From assembly GCA_905178155.1 (NCBI GenBank), contig CAJINV010000003.1, positions 5,981,985 to 6,045,984 of the forward strand: a DNA stretch of 64,000 bases, in the 5' to 3' direction. Below are positions 60,201 to 64,000 of this stretch, piece after piece. Source of the stretch: Amoebophrya sp. A120. Lineage: Eukaryota; Protista; Dinoflagellata. Position 1 is the stretch's first letter, and every line of letters starts with the position of its first letter. Position numbers and translations under genes: made by a program. Below the pieces are notes generated by a model. It saw only the letters and a program-made list of their open reading frames with translations, made no database searches and had not been told where the DNA came from.

Positions 60201-60433
60201 TGGAAAATAATGCCAAAACCTACGTAACTACAACGAAACGCAGATCAGTACGTGACGACGAGGCAGACTGCGCAAAACTGGAGAAACCGGCACAGCACGC
60301 CCAGGCGAAAGTTCTCGATGATGAGGAATTTCGGGACGAGGATGTAGCCAAAAACTTGGGTCACCGTGTCGCTGAGCAAGCCGCAGAAGCTCTGGACACC
60401 GCCCCTACACTCCGCAGTTGTTGGCAGCGGCAT
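57247..60433 (-). CDS. P2X-receptor-like cation channel with C-terminal EF-hand; 7 exons
   Basis: Exons 60433-60252, 60068-59798, 59542-59185, 58941-58793, 58577-58140, 57956-57781 and ~57517-57247 all join in frame. P2X-like motifs: FGYILVPKFLIIENFRLGVLCRFLQ+TM1, LRATGINLAISISC, KQHGVKLNFRFTGRLGYFS+TM2. EF loop DADHEGSISLDE. The 3' end could extend further. Confidence 0.85.
57523..57780. mobile_element. Introner, 258 bp, 15-bp TIR, DR TTCGT/TCCGT
   Basis: TGTCACACAGAAAAA ... TTTTTCTGTGTGATA. Removing 263 nt gives EKMT(E/K)LVYQGLDAD. Confidence 0.85.
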
Positions 60434-61179
60434 CTTCTTTCTCGCTAGACAGAGATTGTCGTTGCTGTAGTACTCCCTGACAAAAAATCAATCTGCTGCT
60501 CCGCTCCAAGTCCGTGGTCGTACTGCAACGAAAAAGCTAATTGTGGACGTGTATGCACGGGCACGGCAATTTTGACGTCGTGAGTCCGTGACTGTTACTG
60601 TTTGGAAGACGCGCCTCGTCTTCATCTACAGCTTTGGCATTACGCTCATGATAGATATCATTGATTTCCTGCCTGTGCTTGAGACATTGTACTTTTTTTT
60701 GTAAGGCTAGCACGGAGGCGCTGCATTTTTGCTCTCTGTGACCATATCCATTTCGAGTTCCAGCTCCATGGCTCCAATTACCAGGCGCCGGCCGCACTTG
60801 TAGCAACAGTCTTTTGTTGGGAAGCTCGAGTTTTCCACCCTTATGTGTCTATCTTCACTCTCCTGTTGTTCCCATATTCCATTAGACACAATTACTTTTG
60901 TACACATAGAGATAAAATTTTGTGTCCGAGACATAGCGTCGTAGTTCGGGGCGAAACTGGGACCAGCTTCGGTTGTGTCAAGTATTCGAAGAAACTAGAA
61001 AGTATACCAAAACGTACTCGCTGTGGGCAATGAGCCGCAGGTTTGAATTTTACTGAGTAATATGACTGTGAACGTGAAGGTGGAAGTTGATTCTGTTATA
61101 AAACTTTTTCTGGTTTGAAGAAAAAAAACGAGCAGTGCGCGACGGTCTCGGTTATTCGAAAAGATGCACGTCGTGCTGC

Positions 61180-63900
61180 TTAGGAGTGCGAACTGACGAC
61201 CGCTTGCAGCAAGTTTCGAATGACCTGATCATTTTTGAGTACTCGGGCCCTTGCGCTGTGGATTTTGCTGGTTTCCTCCTGTATGCGCTCTTCGACCTCG
61301 GCTACCGACTGATAGCTTTTCTGAAGGATTTCCTCTGTGGTTTTCAGCTCCGTGCGGCAGGACTCCACTGCTTGACGGTACCTGAAAAAAGTATGTGTCG
61401 TTTTTCTTTATGCGGTGGAGACCGTCTCATGCTCCCGACAGCTGAAGCTGCTGATTCGAGTGTTGAGCAATATGAAGTAGCAGCAGCAGGTCATGCGTCC
61501 TGCAATACGCGCACTGCTGGACCGAGTAGAGGGCTGCTAGGCCGATGCCGATTGAGCAGCATGCTCTTGAAACGTTCGTCCTTGATGAGGCAGAAACTGA
61601 AACGGTGTGTCTGTGTATGAAAAAATAAAGAGTGAAGACTGCGCATTGATAAACAAATACTCAGCATTGATAAACAAATACTCGTTTTTCCAATAGTCCA
61701 GCTCTTTCGCCATGCTGCTAATGTCGGCGTGTACCAAATCCATAGATTTGCCCAAGGGGTTGGCGGCCTGGCACAGCAGTTGGACGGTTTCCTGCAGCTT
61801 TCCGACGTCGGAAGTGGACCGAAGCTGCTGGCTTCCTGCACCTGCGCCGAGGCTCGAACCCACGCCGCCCGCCTGACCCGAGACGCCACCAGCACTCGAG
61901 GCTGCCGCGGTTTTCTTCTTGCCGCGGCGCAATTTACCCATCACGATGCCACCCCCGTCGGCAGACTCTGACTTCGCGTCCTGCTCGGCAGCTGCCTGTT
62001 GGCTCTCCAGCGCTTTCTTTTCTTCGAGAATCTCGCGAACCTGTGATCAGACACGAAAACCTGCACAAGGTCACATGAAAATATTATTAATATCTAGCAA
62101 ATAAAGGAAAAGGCTCCTCCCATGCAGTCGCCACGCACAAACTATGAGTGGCGGATATAGGCGAAGAAGCTGCAAAGATGGAAGCACGCGGGCGAGGACG
62201 AGGAGGCGCAAAAAGCAGTTCAAAAACGCGAAATATCTATACCAACTTGCCATGACCGCCTTCGTCCTGAATGTTGTAATTTCCGACGGTGCCCGTCGTT
62301 GCGGATGTTGGAAGACGAACTCCCTGCTCCTCTTCTTCCTCATCTTGTTCGTCATCCGCAATAATTTGTACGGGTGGGCCACCAGTCGTTGGCGTTGGCT
62401 CAACTGCTTTCTTGACCTTTTAGATTTGGATTTTATCCACTGCAGAGTACTACTAGGAGGGTGGAGGTGCTGTTCCTCGCTTTCGCTTGTCTATATAAAG
62501 TCATAACGTAACCTAGCGCGAGGATGATATTAAGTAAGTAACAGACGAACAAACTAACACAAACAGGAACAGCTGTAGCGCGTCTCTTATACTCGGGGGG
62601 GTTTTCGTCCGGCGGTCCGTGGCCTTTCGCGCGGCACCGGGGCAGGCTGCTGCTGCACCACTGGCTCTGGGCTTTTCTGTTGCTGTTCTGCGATGCGATG
62701 CCTCTGGCCGGACTGGGCAGATGATGGTCGCGCCACTGTTTGAAGATGGAGACACGAAGTTCGTGAAAATGCAGCTTATGCACGTACATCACATCTAGCA
62801 CTCCCACTCCCATTCTTGGGTTGGCTTGCTGCACGTTGCAACATCACAAAGAAACAGTATTGCGATCATTCTTTGCGTCAGTTAATATTACCTTCCGCAG
62901 CCTGCTGCATTCGGACTGCCTCTGCTTGCTGTGCCTGCAGTCGTGCCTGTTCCGCTTCCTGAGTTTTGACGCAACTTTTCTCTACTTCCGTTGCATTAGT
63001 TTAGCTGGTGTAACTTGATGAATGTCAGCATTGACTATACTTACACAGCACGCATATCTTATGCCGGCAAGGTACAAAAATGAAAAGCAAAATCAAATAA
63101 ATGCCGACACGTGCTGTTCTATGGAAAAATAAGTACCAGTGATTGCTGCTTAATCCGTTCCTGCCGCTGTTGCTCCTCCATCATCTTTCTCTGTTGCTCT
63201 TCTTGCTCCCGTGCGGCGCGTCGATCGGGCGAGCCTCGCTGCATACCGGGGGATTTTTGCGTCGACGGAGACCCTCGCTTTTCCTTGGAGGAGGCTGGCG
63301 AATCCCGCTTCGGAGCTGCACTGCTGCTGGAGGGCTGCTCTGGCTGCGCGGGTGATGGTGGAGCGGGCGCTGCGGGCGGCGGTGCGGCAGCCTTTTTTGC
63401 CGGCTTGGAAATCGTAGTTTCGCCCCCCAAGACCTGTGAAAAAATAGCGAAACAATCCTGCGAAAACGCACAGGACATGCGGTACAACTTGCGTTAAACT
63501 TAAAGTGCAAGAAGATGAATCGTCGCTACCTGTTGCGCGAAACGATATCATGATGAAAACAACTACGAGAAACTTTATTGCGCCTCGTCGAGAAAAAAAT
63601 GAATTCAGTTACAATACGCGCTGCACTGCGGAGTTGCTGTTGGCCTTGTAGGAGGTTGCAGCAGCGTGCAGCTGGCACAGCCACGCGTTCGTTTTTTCGC
63701 ACTCGAGCCCGGCAACAATTTTGTTTGGTAGCACGTCGCACCCGTCTAGACCAGTAGCGAAGTAGGTGGCGGAAATGATTTTCGTGAGAAAATCGATCTT
63801 TGCATTTTTGTCCGTCATGCTGCCCGCGTCCTGCTCCGCCTCAGTGAACAAATTGTTCGCAAACCCGGTCACTCGAATCACCTCCATCACCTTCAGGCAG
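61180..63900 (-). CDS. IFT54: Intraflagellar transport protein 54 (TRAF3IP1/MIP-T3), multi-exon, 5' end beyond window
   Basis: CH-like domain EVIRVTGF...KIDFLTKII...PNKIVAGLECEKTN, followed by RPRTAGRKPPR and HGKL/VREILE, then a C-terminal coiled coil (LCQAANPLGKSMDLVHADISSMAKELDYWKNE, ARVLKNDQVIRNLL). The introns checked are GT-AG (62242-62041, 61681-61382). Confidence 0.93.
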
Positions 63901-64000
63901 GAGTTAATCAATCTTGCTCTTCTGATGCTAGTAGTATGATCTGTTTGCAAGCGCACTGAAACCAGCGACAGCATGCATGGAAAATCGATTTAATGAATTT

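Noticed and set aside
1-64000. Dinoflagellate spliced-leader relics, tRNA or rRNA genes
   Set aside because: No CCGTAGCCATTTTGGCTCAAG-like match or structural RNA gene was recognised by eye. A covariance-model scan was not possible.

Overview
Eukaryotic genomic DNA, most likely from a syndinian dinoflagellate-lineage parasite such as Amoebophrya. This is an inference from the intron style, the single-strand gene arrangement and the long low-complexity orphan proteins. Every credible gene lies on the minus strand. Recognisable genes: a class I SAM methyltransferase (15098-13550), a Mut-7/EXD3-type DEDDy exonuclease with a Mut7-C domain (19006-15710), a degenerate zf-C2HC fragment (~19.9 kb), a P2X-receptor-like channel with a C-terminal EF-hand (60433-57247) and IFT54/TRAF3IP1 (from the window end to 61180). 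Five large orphan genes with hydrophobic N-termini fill much of the rest. The main hidden system is a set of about 14 MITE-like non-canonical introns (introners). They have TAT/TGT...ATA terminal inverted repeats, mostly 5-bp flanking direct repeats and an internal GCATGACA motif. They lack GT-AG ends, yet removing them rejoins neighbouring ORFs in frame, and they coexist with ordinary GT-AG introns. Nested in or among them are a poly(A)-tailed insertion with an 18-bp TSD and a 4.4-kb TIR element with a 9-bp TSD, whose GC-rich interior may be poorly polished sequence. All junctions were worked out by hand and need RNA-seq confirmation.
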